A stretch of 64,000 bases of DNA, from assembly GCA_017622795.1 (NCBI GenBank), contig JAGAQI010000075.1, forward strand, positions 6,477 through 70,476, given 5' to 3'. Positions within the stretch are counted from its first letter, which is position 1; each line of letters opens with the position of its first letter. Under the pieces are notes generated by a model. That model saw only the letters and a list, made by a program, of their open reading frames with translations, had not been told where the DNA came from and ran no database searches. Below, piece after piece: positions 9,572 through 17,261 of the stretch. Both the position numbers and the translations under genes were made by a program. The stretch is from Lachnospiraceae bacterium. Its GTDB lineage: Bacteria; Bacillota; Clostridia; Lachnospirales; Lachnospiraceae.

Positions 9572-10198
9572 ATGGAGATTTTTTCGATTATATTGGGCAT
9601 TGTAGTGATACTTGTAATTATTGCATATATCTCGTCACAGATAAGAAAAAACCAGATGGATGAAGAAAGTAAGACAGATGAGAAAAGTGAAGAAGATGCA
9701 TTGTTTGAAGGCATCGATTTTGACGCAATGAAACCGGAAGAAGTTATTCCTTTAGAAGTGTATGAAGTAGAAGAGAATGTAATTACTGAAGAGGAACCGG
9801 TTCCCGGGGAACAGCAAGCTTCAACGCAAGAACCTCAAGCAGACGCTGCTCCTGCTAAACCGGTATTTGTTACAGATGCAGAAACAAGCAGCGGACAAAC
9901 GTATGAAAAGGTTCTTTCCACAGAAGATAAGAGGGAATGGATTGCAAATTTCGTTAGTATTAAGCGGTTTGTTGCTGCGGGTTGGACCTGCATGGGACTC
10001 GGTCTGGGATTCATTTTAGGGCGGCTTCTTGGCGATAATGTTGTCATGGTCTTGCTGATTATACTTGGAGGATTTATCGGGGGAGTATTCGGAACAAACT
10101 CTGTAGGCGCTGCCATGATGAAAGTTATTGCGGCAGAGCAAAGTATTTTAAATGAGGAACTGCTGAAAGAAATTTTAAAACGGTTGGAGGAAAAGTAA
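9572..10198 (+). CDS. Membrane protein with acidic linker and C-terminal glycine-zipper TM pair
   Basis: 208 aa; N-terminal TM; acidic stretch; GLGLGFILGRLLG...LGGFIGGVFG glycine-zipper segments. Confidence 0.65.
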   Translation: MEIFSIILGIVVILVIIAYISSQIRKNQMDEESKTDEKSEEDALFEGIDFDAMKPEEVIPLEVYEVEENVITEEEPVPGEQQASTQEPQADAAPAKPVFVTDAETSSGQTYEKVLSTEDKREWIANFVSIKRFVAAGWTCMGLGLGFILGRLLGDNVVMVLLIILGGFIGGVFGTNSVGAAMMKVIAAEQSILNEELLKEILKRLEEK

Positions 10199-10374
10199 AA
10201 GGGTGAATGAAACGTTTGTATTAACAGGATGTGGAGAGTACACCCTTCAAGAGAATTCAAACAGTAGTGTGCTTAAAGCAAGCAACCGGAGAACAAATAG
10301 AAGATTTGCTTTTAGCCGCTAAAAAGGCAGGTGTAACAGCAACGGATTTGCAGAAACTTGGATTGGAATAATGC

Positions 10375-10411
10375 GAAAAGCATGTCGAGTTTAATCTGGC
10401 ATGCTTTTTTT
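10375..10411 (+). terminator. Intrinsic terminator
   Basis: AAAAGCATG (10376-10384) / CATGCTTTT (10400-10408) running into a T tract. Confidence 0.6.
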
Positions 10412-10425
10412 CAATATAACTTCTT

Positions 10426-10454
10426 TTGACTTTTATCGGAAATAGGTATATACT
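10426..10454 (+). promoter_or_regulatory. Sigma-A type promoter for the kinase 2 operon
   Basis: TTGACT (10426-10431), 17-nt spacer, TATACT (10449-10454). Confidence 0.6.
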
Positions 10455-10484
10455 ATACGTAGATTTTTAAAGGTGGGGAAACCT

Positions 10485-12221
10485 ATGGGATTCGAGTATA
10501 TTACGTTGGAGACATTAAAGAAATCGGATAAAGCCATTATCGAAGTTGCCATGATGGATGACTATCCGGAAAGGGTAGTTGTAAAGCACTTAAAAGGTGT
10601 AAACATCAATTTGTTTCACCAGATATCTTTTTTACATAGTGTTTATATCCCAAAGATTTATAAATGCGAGTTGGATGGAGAATGGTTTGTTGTTATAGAA
10701 GAGTATCTGGAAGGTGAGAATCTGGAAAAATATTTGCGCGAACACCGCCTTACGGATAAGCAGAAATTGGATATTGCCCTGCAATTATGTGAGGCAGTAA
10801 AGTGTCTGCATGCGTTGCAACCGCCAATTATTCACCGTGATATTAAACCGCATAATATTATTGTTAACGAACATGGAGCATTAAAATTAATAGATTTTGA
10901 TGCTTCCCGCTATTATAGAGAAGATGATAACCGTCAGGACACCCGTCTCCTTGGTACTCCGGAATATGCACCGCCGGAACAATACGGCTATTCCCAGACA
11001 GACGTCCGCAGCGATATCTATTCTATGGGTATGGTATTTAAGGAATTGAATCTGACGGAAAAGAAGTTTCTTGTTTCCGAATGGGAAAAAATGGTTGGCA
11101 AGTGCAGAAATTTTGACCCGAAGCATCGGTACCAGACTGTGGATGAGCTGGAAAAAGAAATTAAGAAAATGGCGTTCTTACGCACGATTACCGGAAAAAC
11201 AGTGCTTGGCTGGACAGCAGCCGTTTTACTGTTATTGATAGTATTGTGGCAAGGCTGTATGCTTACCCGCAATAATGATGCAGGTGCAAGTAATCAAAAT
11301 GAAGTAACCGGTATGCCAACTCCAACGGAGGTTGTGCAGGAATCAGTAACACTGGAGCCGAAAGCAACAAGTACACCTGTGCCAACGGAAACACCAACAC
11401 AAGCGGTTGAACCAACTGCAGAACCAACGGCAACAAATACGCCTGTGCCGACAGAAACGCCAACGCCTGTGCCGACGGAAATGCCGGCGAGTGTAAATTC
11501 GCTGATTCCGGGAGTAGAAACAGTAGAAGAATTGGATGCATATTTTGCAAGTACGAATTTATATGTGTACAATTTTTATCGAAGCATTGCAGAACAAACA
11601 AAATTTTATATCGGTGTGGATAGTTTACTTGATACAAGCTGGAAATTTGATAAAATTACCTTTACAAATTATGAAACCGGGGTGGAAGTAGAGGTTCCGG
11701 CTTCGATGATAGATTTGGAAAGCGAAATCATATCGGTATCTAATGATTTTTTATTGGGGCTGGAAGATACCTATTACCAAGTAATAATATATATAACAAA
11801 TGGTGAGAGTTCACTTCCAGCCATGAGTACGGTAGTTAAAGTTTCCGAAGCTGTGGATGAAACAGGACATATACGTGCATTAGGGCGTGACTGGGTAACA
11901 TTCTATGCGCAGTATCCGACAGATATTATTATCACTTCAAACAGCGAGAATGTTTTGAAGATGGAAAAGCTTTATATTTGCCAAAGTGGTATTTATCCGG
12001 ATGGTATCCCTGAGATTTTGGATGCGGAAATATTAACTGAAGTTAATCCGGCTAATTATGAAATCATGGATGCCGGAAAAATGATGAAGCTTAGTAAAGA
12101 ACTTTTAGCAGGTTATTCTAATGAAAGCCGGGTGATTTTTGCTGCACTATGCAATGATGGAAATTATTGGCGGATTGTAGTAGAATATGATAACGGAAAG
12201 CCATACTGGATGCCACAATAA
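10485..12221 (+). CDS. Atypical membrane Ser/Thr protein kinase with extracytoplasmic C-terminal domain (paralog 2)
   Basis: ATG 10485 behind RBS AAAGGTGGGG (the track starts at GTG 10473); HRDIKPHNII, LIDFDASR, EYAPPEQ; TM; Pro/Thr linker; kinase domain clearly paralogous to 4438-6075, C-terminal domain divergent. Confidence 0.8.
   Translation: MGFEYITLETLKKSDKAIIEVAMMDDYPERVVVKHLKGVNINLFHQISFLHSVYIPKIYKCELDGEWFVVIEEYLEGENLEKYLREHRLTDKQKLDIALQLCEAVKCLHALQPPIIHRDIKPHNIIVNEHGALKLIDFDASRYYREDDNRQDTRLLGTPEYAPPEQYGYSQTDVRSDIYSMGMVFKELNLTEKKFLVSEWEKMVGKCRNFDPKHRYQTVDELEKEIKKMAFLRTITGKTVLGWTAAVLLLLIVLWQGCMLTRNNDAGASNQNEVTGMPTPTEVVQESVTLEPKATSTPVPTETPTQAVEPTAEPTATNTPVPTETPTPVPTEMPASVNSLIPGVETVEELDAYFASTNLYVYNFYRSIAEQTKFYIGVDSLLDTSWKFDKITFTNYETGVEVEVPASMIDLESEIISVSNDFLLGLEDTYYQVIIYITNGESSLPAMSTVVKVSEAVDETGHIRALGRDWVTFYAQYPTDIIITSNSENVLKMEKLYICQSGIYPDGIPEILDAEILTEVNPANYEIMDAGKMMKLSKELLAGYSNESRVIFAALCNDGNYWRIVVEYDNGKPYWMPQ
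11313..11486 (+). repeat. In-frame Pro/Thr-rich linker, low complexity
   Basis: Encodes PTPTEVVQESVTLEPKATSTPVPTETPTQAVEPTAEPTATNTPVPTETPTPVPTE with reiterated cctgtgccgac(a/g)gaaa units. Confidence 0.75.
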
Positions 12222-12241
12222 ATTACATCGGAGGAATATTT

Positions 12242-12697
12242 ATGGGAATCAAAGACGAAAAACCAACGGTACTCATGGATTCTGAAATGACAAAGCTCAG
12301 AAATGAAAATGATTTGGATAAGTTTCTGGAAGAGAATGATGACAATATGTTTACTCTTCGGGTAAGGGACTTTCTGATGAAGATGATGGTTCAGTATGAT
12401 ATGGATAAAAAGGATATCATTCCACGTTCCGGCCTAGCTACCTCTTATGCTCATAATATATTCAATGGCGATAAAGGGGACAAAGCAAAATACGGCAGAG
12501 ATAAGCTGATTATGTTGGCAATTGGTTTTCCTCTTACTTTGGAAGAAACCAATAAACTGTTGAAATATGGCGGACATAGTCCGTTGTATTCCAAGAACAG
12601 ACGGGATGCTATTATAATGTTTGCCATCGGGAAGCAATATTCTTATATAAAAACCAATGAGTGTTTGGATGAGCACGGGGAAGAACCGTTAGTGTAA
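12242..12697 (+). CDS. Small XRE-like HTH protein (paralog 3), downstream partner of kinase 2
   Basis: 151 aa; RBS GGAGGAA; SYAHNIFNGDKGDKAKYGRDKLIMLAIGFPLTLEETNKLLKYGG aligns with the paralogs. Confidence 0.65.
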   Translation: MGIKDEKPTVLMDSEMTKLRNENDLDKFLEENDDNMFTLRVRDFLMKMMVQYDMDKKDIIPRSGLATSYAHNIFNGDKGDKAKYGRDKLIMLAIGFPLTLEETNKLLKYGGHSPLYSKNRRDAIIMFAIGKQYSYIKTNECLDEHGEEPLV

Positions 12698-12712
12698 AAT
12701 AAGTAAAATGAA

Positions 12713-12753
12713 GAGAACAAGTAGTGTTTTTAAATACTGCTTGTTCTTTTTTT
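12713..12753 (+). terminator. Intrinsic terminator
   Basis: AGAACAAGTAGT / ACTGCTTGTTCT stem followed by T7. Confidence 0.7.
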
Positions 12754-12769
12754 GTGCAAAGAAACAGGT

Positions 12770-12813
12770 TTATGCTGCCAGCATAACAAGTGGGGTAGGA
12801 AAAGAAGTAAACT
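12770..12813 (+). promoter_or_regulatory. Island palindrome box TTATGCTG-C-CAGCATAA plus -10 TAAACT
   Basis: Perfect dyad at 12770-12786; TAAACT at 12808-12813 after a 21-nt gap. Confidence 0.55.
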
Positions 12814-12870
12814 AAAGTTGCAAAATCAAACAAAGCAGAGCTTTCTTAAAAGTAAAGGAGGATCAATATT

Positions 12871-13026
12871 ATGACTATAGTGATGGAATTAAGAAAATGT
12901 ACTGCATGCGGAAAAAAATATAGCTTTAATCCTGCTATAGGACATTTTAACTGTCCACATTGCAGAGGTTTAGGAAAAATCAAAAAGGGGCCGAAGAGAA
13001 AACCCAAGAAGGGAGGAATTTTCTGA
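12871..13026 (+). CDS. 51-aa zinc-ribbon microprotein with basic tail
   Basis: Absent from the ORF track (under 60 aa); RBS AAGGAGGA 7 nt upstream; MTIVMELRKCTACGKKYSFNPAIGHFNCPHCRGLGKIKKGPKRKPKKGGIF has CxxC...CxxC. Confidence 0.5.
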   Translation: MTIVMELRKCTACGKKYSFNPAIGHFNCPHCRGLGKIKKGPKRKPKKGGIF

Positions 13027-13241
13027 TGCAGGAAACCTATAAGAGAGTTGAACTGCTAAAAAAATCTTTGGCAAATGCACTATCTTTAGAAGCCACTAAT
13101 CAAATGCTACGTTTGGGTGGTGAACCGGAATTGTATTCGAAAAACAGACGGGATGCAATTTGTATGTTTTGCATAAATCTGCAGATGGGATTGGAAAAGT
13201 GCAACGAATTGCTGGAGCGGTACGATGAGGTGACACTGTAA
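13026..13241 (+). CDS. Truncated paralog of the island HTH family (C-terminal half only)
   Basis: ATG 13026 overlaps the upstream TGA (TGATG); LSLEATNQMLRLGGEPELYSKNRRDAICMFCI matches the C-terminal half of the paralogs; recognition-helix region absent. Confidence 0.5.
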   Translation: MQETYKRVELLKKSLANALSLEATNQMLRLGGEPELYSKNRRDAICMFCINLQMGLEKCNELLERYDEVTL

Positions 13242-13401
13242 GAGAACTAAATATTGGAAAACTTGGCAGAAACTATGGATGTCAAGCTTGTTGTTTTTAC
13301 AAATGAAATAGGAATATACAACAATTGTGAGGAAATGGATGCTCGGACAGTTGGTGCGTCCGAAAAGAAACTCTTTAAACTATTCCGTTGGTTAGGTAGT
13401 T

Positions 13402-13445
13402 TTATGCCGGCAGCATAACAAAATGGACGTGAAGTGAGGTAAGCT
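13402..13445 (+). promoter_or_regulatory. Island palindrome box TTATGCCG-G-CAGCATAA plus weak -10 TAAGCT
   Basis: Dyad with one mismatch at 13402-13418; TAAGCT at 13440-13445 after a 21-nt gap. Confidence 0.45.
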
Positions 13446-13485
13446 GAAATTACAAAGAAACCATTGTAGTGAAGGAGGAACGAAC

Positions 13486-13719
13486 ATGAGCTTAGAAAAC
13501 AAAATAATTGATTATGCAATCAGTCATTATTATGAAATGCCAAAAACAATTCAAAAGAAAATGGTAACGGAAGGAAAGAAGTATATTGAGAGAGAGCATC
13601 CGATTGCAAGTATGTTTATGCCGGATTCGACCAAAGAGAAATGTGTGAAAAGTTATTTTAATTCAAAAGCAAACTGCACATCAATTGGGACTTGTTTTAG
13701 CAAATGTATTAGCGTATAG
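13486..13719 (+). CDS. Hypothetical 77-aa protein
   Basis: RBS GAAGGAGGAA; no recognisable motif; Cys/Ser/Thr-rich C-terminus NCTSIGTCFSKCISV. Confidence 0.5.
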   Translation: MSLENKIIDYAISHYYEMPKTIQKKMVTEGKKYIEREHPIASMFMPDSTKEKCVKSYFNSKANCTSIGTCFSKCISV

Positions 13720-13741
13720 ACGCGGAAAGAGAGGAAATATC

Positions 13742-14128
13742 ATGACTACAGAAAAAGAATTAGCAAACGCTATCGAGAGAAATGAAAATGAAATCGTAAT
13801 TGAAGGCGACTTAAGTAACAAGGTAATTCGAATTAAGGCCACCGGAGCTGTAGCCTGGGGCGCCTGTATTATAGGACTCGGCGCAGTGGTTGCTCTTGGA
13901 ATTGCCACCGCAGGAAGCGGAGGAACAGCTACTCTGATTACGCTACCGGCAATGGGCGCTGCGTTAATGACTACTGCTCCGGTTGCAGTTGCCAGCATGG
14001 GTCTTCCAGCAGCGGTTTCTGCAGTGGGAATTGCTATGGCAGGCGGTGGTTGCGGTGTATTGAATAAGCTCAGGGATTACAAGCTGGTTAAGGTAAGCAA
14101 GGATAAAGTGATTCTTTACCGGAAGTAA
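13742..14128 (+). CDS. Gly/Ala-rich membrane protein (glycine-zipper type)
   Basis: ATG 13742 behind GAGAGGAAA (the track starts earlier, at 13685); soluble N-terminus TEKELANAIERNENEIVIEGDL, then a long Gly/Ala hydrophobic region, then a basic tail. Confidence 0.6.
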   Translation: MTTEKELANAIERNENEIVIEGDLSNKVIRIKATGAVAWGACIIGLGAVVALGIATAGSGGTATLITLPAMGAALMTTAPVAVASMGLPAAVSAVGIAMAGGGCGVLNKLRDYKLVKVSKDKVILYRK

Positions 14129-14129
14129 T

Positions 14130-14173
14130 TTATGCTACCAGCATAACAAACATAAAGCTACAACATATATAAT
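14130..14173 (+). promoter_or_regulatory. Island palindrome box TTATGCTA-C-CAGCATAA plus -10 TATAAT
   Basis: Dyad with one mismatch at 14130-14146, starting 2 nt after the upstream stop codon; TATAAT at 14168-14173 after a 21-nt gap. Confidence 0.6.
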
Positions 14174-14236
14174 TACAAATGTAAACAACAGACAAGTAAG
14201 TCTGAAAACGAATTTAATCCATAGGAGGAAAATGAA

Positions 14237-15205
14237 ATGAAAAAAGATTTTTATGAAGCATTAGAACAAGACATCGTAGGTTTAGGACTAGCAGAAGAGG
14301 AAAAGAGTAAGTTGTTAAAGCATATTATGCAGCTGAAGGCTCAGAAACTGAATATCATGGTAGTCGGAGGAACCGGCTGTGGTAAGAGTTCCACTATCAA
14401 CGCATTATTTGATGCTCCGGTTGCCAAAGTAGGAGAACGTCCGGATCCGGAAACCATGACGATTGAAAAGTATGAATTAGACAACCTGATTTTGTGGGAC
14501 ACACCGGGACTTGGTGATGGTAAAGAAGCCGACAAAAAGCATGCAAAAAACATTATTGACAAGCTTGTTGAAAAGGATAGCGATGGTAAGGCACTAATCG
14601 ATTTGGTATTAGTAATTCTCGATGGTTCCAGTAGAGACATGGGAACGTCCTTTGAGTTAATTAACAATGTGATCATTCCTAATTTAGGCGAAGAGCAAAA
14701 GGAAAGAATTCTGGTTGCTATCAACAAAGCTGATATGGCTAAGCCAAGACATTGGGATTACAACAAAAATGAACCGGATGAGATTCTGAAAGAGTTTCTG
14801 GAAGAGAAAATCAAGTCCGTGAAAAAGAGAATCAAGGAATCTACCGGCGTTGATGTAAATCCGATTTATTATTGCGCAGGCGATATGGATGATGGTGAGC
14901 AGCGCAAGGCATACAATCTGACAAAGCTCTTATGTTGGATGATTAAGGCAACTCCAACAGAAAAAAGAATTGTTTATGCAAATAATATGAATCAACAGCC
15001 TGAAATATGGGTAGATGACGATGAAATCATGGACTATGGTCAGGAAATCAGAAAAGATATCTGGGGCTCTGTTACAGAGGGTGCAGGTGTTGGCGGTGCC
15101 ATTGGTGAAGCAATCGGAACTATTTTCCATTGTGGACCGATAGGAAGAGCTGTCGGCACGGCAGTTGGTGCTGTAGTAGGATTCTTCTGTGGTATCTTTG
15201 GTTAA
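14237..15205 (+). CDS. Small P-loop GTPase (MMR_HSR1/YfjP-like) with C-terminal glycine-zipper tail (paralog 1)
   Basis: 322 aa; G1 GGTGCGKSS, G3 WDTPGLGD, G4 NKAD; C-terminal GAGVGGAIGEAIGTIF...GRAVGTAVGAVVGFFCGIFG. Confidence 0.8.
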   Translation: MKKDFYEALEQDIVGLGLAEEEKSKLLKHIMQLKAQKLNIMVVGGTGCGKSSTINALFDAPVAKVGERPDPETMTIEKYELDNLILWDTPGLGDGKEADKKHAKNIIDKLVEKDSDGKALIDLVLVILDGSSRDMGTSFELINNVIIPNLGEEQKERILVAINKADMAKPRHWDYNKNEPDEILKEFLEEKIKSVKKRIKESTGVDVNPIYYCAGDMDDGEQRKAYNLTKLLCWMIKATPTEKRIVYANNMNQQPEIWVDDDEIMDYGQEIRKDIWGSVTEGAGVGGAIGEAIGTIFHCGPIGRAVGTAVGAVVGFFCGIFG

Positions 15206-15213
15206 TAGAGTTG

Positions 15214-15255
15214 GAAGCCCAAGCGTGATTTGTACCGTTTGGGCTTCTCTTAATA
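15214..15255 (+). terminator. Probable terminator
   Basis: GAAGCCCAAGCG / CGTTTGGGCTTC stem; weak T tract (TCTTAATAAT). Confidence 0.55.
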
Positions 15256-15265
15256 ATAAACAACT

Positions 15266-15309
15266 TTATGCTGCCAGCATAACAAACCATGGTAAAAACA
15301 AGTTATAAT
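15266..15309 (+). promoter_or_regulatory. Island palindrome box TTATGCTG-C-CAGCATAA plus -10 TATAAT
   Basis: Perfect dyad at 15266-15282; TATAAT at 15304-15309 after a 21-nt gap. Confidence 0.6.
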
Positions 15310-15354
15310 AAAATTACAAAATAACACAAAACAAATCCAAAGGGGGTAAATAAT

Positions 15355-15591
15355 ATGTTTTTTGATTTTATTTCTGATTTAGTAATTGGCGCCTGTGATC
15401 TGGGATTTAAGCTGGATAGTGCTATATTTGGTGATTCTTCTGCTGATGCCGATGCACTTATGAAAGTGATTTTAAATGCGACTCAGAATGAAGAGGCAGA
15501 GGATACATACGTAGAAGCTGACGTTAAGTCCGCGGACGGAACAAGTACGATAGCTACAAGTATTGAAGGCATTAAAAAACACGTTTATTAA
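15355..15591 (+). CDS. Small hydrophobic-acidic protein with conserved KHVY C-terminal tail (paralog 1)
   Basis: 78 aa; RBS AAGGGGG; hydrophobic N-terminus, acidic middle, C-terminus IATSIEGIKKHVY matching 17262-17474. Confidence 0.6.
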   Translation: MFFDFISDLVIGACDLGFKLDSAIFGDSSADADALMKVILNATQNEEAEDTYVEADVKSADGTSTIATSIEGIKKHVY

Positions 15592-15617
15592 TAGGAACCG
15601 TTAAGGAGGAAAAAGAG

Positions 15618-16322
15618 ATGAAGAGAAATATTATGTTAGTCGGAGGAACCGGCTATGGTAAAAGTTCTACAATCAATGCATTGTGTAATACTCCGGTGGC
15701 AGCGGTAGCGGCTCTTGAAGAACCGGAAACAAAAGAAATCAGGAAGTATGAAACGGATAACATGGTTCTTTGGGACACACCGGGAATCGGTAGCAGTGTA
15801 GAAGAAGACAGTAAAAATATAGAGGCTTTAAAAAGTATGCTTCGTGAAAAAGACGAAGCAGGAAATCTGTTAATTGCTCAGGTGGTGCTTGTGATGGATG
15901 CCGGAAGCAGAGATATGGGGACTTCTTTTGAACTGCTCAATGACGTAATTGTTCCAAACTTAGGTGACAACCGTAAAGACAGAATTTTAGTGGCTTTAAA
16001 CCGTTGCGATGCAGTAAAGCCTAGAAACTGGAACTATGAAGCAAATGAGCCGGATGAAGTACTTAAGCAATTTCTAGAGGAAAAGGCAGAATCTGTAAAA
16101 ACAAGAATTTCAGAGTCTATCGGTATAGATGTTGAAGTTATTTATTACTGTGCCGGCGAGACAGAGAATGACGAACAGAGTCCGGCTTATAATTTGGATA
16201 AACTGGTTGCTAAGCTGATGGAGGTGACAACAACTGAGAGTGTGGTGGCTGAAAGAAACATCACTGTACAAAAGAAGGAATCTTTTATCAAGAGAATGAT
16301 CCGCAGACTTTTTGGTCGCTAA
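15618..16322 (+). CDS. Small P-loop GTPase (paralog 2)
   Basis: 234 aa; G1 GGTGYGKSS, G3 WDTPGIG, G4 variant NRCD; basic amphipathic C-terminus KESFIKRMIRRLFGR; RBS AAGGAGGA. Confidence 0.8.
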   Translation: MKRNIMLVGGTGYGKSSTINALCNTPVAAVAALEEPETKEIRKYETDNMVLWDTPGIGSSVEEDSKNIEALKSMLREKDEAGNLLIAQVVLVMDAGSRDMGTSFELLNDVIVPNLGDNRKDRILVALNRCDAVKPRNWNYEANEPDEVLKQFLEEKAESVKTRISESIGIDVEVIYYCAGETENDEQSPAYNLDKLVAKLMEVTTTESVVAERNITVQKKESFIKRMIRRLFGR

Positions 16323-16330
16323 TTCATAAT

Positions 16331-16369
16331 GAGGCAGACAGTATAAGCTGTTTGCCTCTCCTTCTTTTA
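16331..16369 (+). terminator. Intrinsic terminator
   Basis: GAGGCAGACAG / CTGTTTGCCTC stem followed by TCCTTCTTTTAT. Confidence 0.65.
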
Positions 16370-16387
16370 TGGCGAAAAGAACTGATA

Positions 16388-16431
16388 TTATGCTGTCAGC
16401 ATAACAATATGAGTTACAAAAGATCTATACT
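16388..16431 (+). promoter_or_regulatory. Island palindrome box TTATGCTG-T-CAGCATAA plus -10 TATACT
   Basis: Perfect dyad at 16388-16404; TATACT at 16426-16431 after a 21-nt gap. Confidence 0.6.
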
Positions 16432-16477
16432 TAAGATACAAGATAACAAATGAATTGTTACATAAGAGGAGGTAAAT

Positions 16478-17161
16478 ATGAATAGCGTATATAGACAAAA
16501 TGATATTGAAAGAAATGCCAAGAGAGCAGGGTTTTACCCAATGGATATTGTGGTAGTCGGAGGAACCGGAGCCGGAAAATCATCTACAATGAATGCACTT
16601 TTTGAGAAGGAAGTAGCGAAGGTAGGACACGGATGTGACCCGGAAACCAGCAAGAACAGTCATAAAGAATTGAACCAGTATTTACGTTTCTGGGATACAC
16701 CGGGATTCGGAGACAGCGTGGAAAAGGATAAAAAATATGCAAAGGACTTAATTAAGCTGCTAAATGAGTCCTGGACGGATAATGGAAGAACAATATATGG
16801 TGCAATCGATATGGTTATCGTTATTTTGGATGGTTCTGGTAGGGATATGGGAACCACCTATAAAATTTTGAATGAGGTAGTGCTTCCAAACTTCCCAAGT
16901 GATCGGATTTTGATGGCAATCAACCAGGCAGATGCAGCAAAGAGTCCAAAGCATTGGAATAATCAAAAAAATGAACCGGATGAAGTGTTGAAGAGCTTTT
17001 TAGAAGAAAAAGCAATTTCTGTAAAACGGAGAATTGAAGAAGCCACTGGAACCAGAGTATGTAAGCCGGTGTACTATTCAGCAGAAAAGGAATATAACGT
17101 TGAAAAATTATTAGATATGATAATTGATAATATGCCAACTTCGAGAAGAAAGATACAATAA
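16478..17161 (+). CDS. Small P-loop GTPase (paralog 3)
   Basis: 227 aa; G1 GGTGAGKSS, G3 WDTPGFGD, G4 variant NQAD; shares the DMGT..(L/I)N.V..PN and NEPDE(I/V)LK.FLEEK blocks with paralogs 1 and 2. Confidence 0.8.
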   Translation: MNSVYRQNDIERNAKRAGFYPMDIVVVGGTGAGKSSTMNALFEKEVAKVGHGCDPETSKNSHKELNQYLRFWDTPGFGDSVEKDKKYAKDLIKLLNESWTDNGRTIYGAIDMVIVILDGSGRDMGTTYKILNEVVLPNFPSDRILMAINQADAAKSPKHWNNQKNEPDEVLKSFLEEKAISVKRRIEEATGTRVCKPVYYSAEKEYNVEKLLDMIIDNMPTSRRKIQ

Positions 17162-17164
17162 AGT

Positions 17165-17208
17165 TTATGCTGTCAGCATAACAATTGAACGGAGAAAAGA
17201 AATATAAT
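17165..17208 (+). promoter_or_regulatory. Island palindrome box TTATGCTG-T-CAGCATAA plus -10 TATAAT
   Basis: Perfect dyad at 17165-17181, starting 4 nt after the GTPase 3 stop; TATAAT at 17203-17208 after a 21-nt gap. Confidence 0.6.
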
Positions 17209-17261
17209 TAAATCATAAAGAAACACAAAAAAGAAAAAAGATGTTTAAGGGAGCAAAAAAA

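Noticed and set aside
10231-10371. Possible 46-aa ORF (GTG start) ending ...IEDLLLAAKKAGVTATDLQKLGLE downstream of the 9572 gene
   Set aside because: The C-terminal peptide looks protein-like and may be a gene remnant. The start codon and RBS are weak and I cannot assign a family, so this is not enough to call a feature.
12960-13241. ORF-track model of a 93-aa protein starting at 12960
   Set aside because: The first 22 codons overlap the better-supported zinc-ribbon ORF (12871-13026) in another frame, use a non-ATG start and lack an RBS. The ATG at 13026 overlapping the upstream TGA is more plausible.
13660-13719. The Cys/Ser/Thr-rich C-terminus (NCTSIGTCFSKCISV) of the 77-aa ORF as a lanthipeptide-like core
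   Set aside because: No LanB/C/M/KC, protease or ABC exporter genes are nearby, and there is no recognisable leader cleavage motif. Composition alone is insufficient.
15266-15310. The right arm of the island palindrome contains GCATA, the -35 consensus of sporulation sigma factors F/G, and is followed by an ATAATA-like -10
   Set aside because: GCATA ends 22 nt before the -10-like heptamer in every copy. Sigma-G/F promoters, as I recall them, use spacers clearly shorter than this (roughly 15-18 nt). The left arm would also be unexplained. A dyad operator at about -41.5 fits better.
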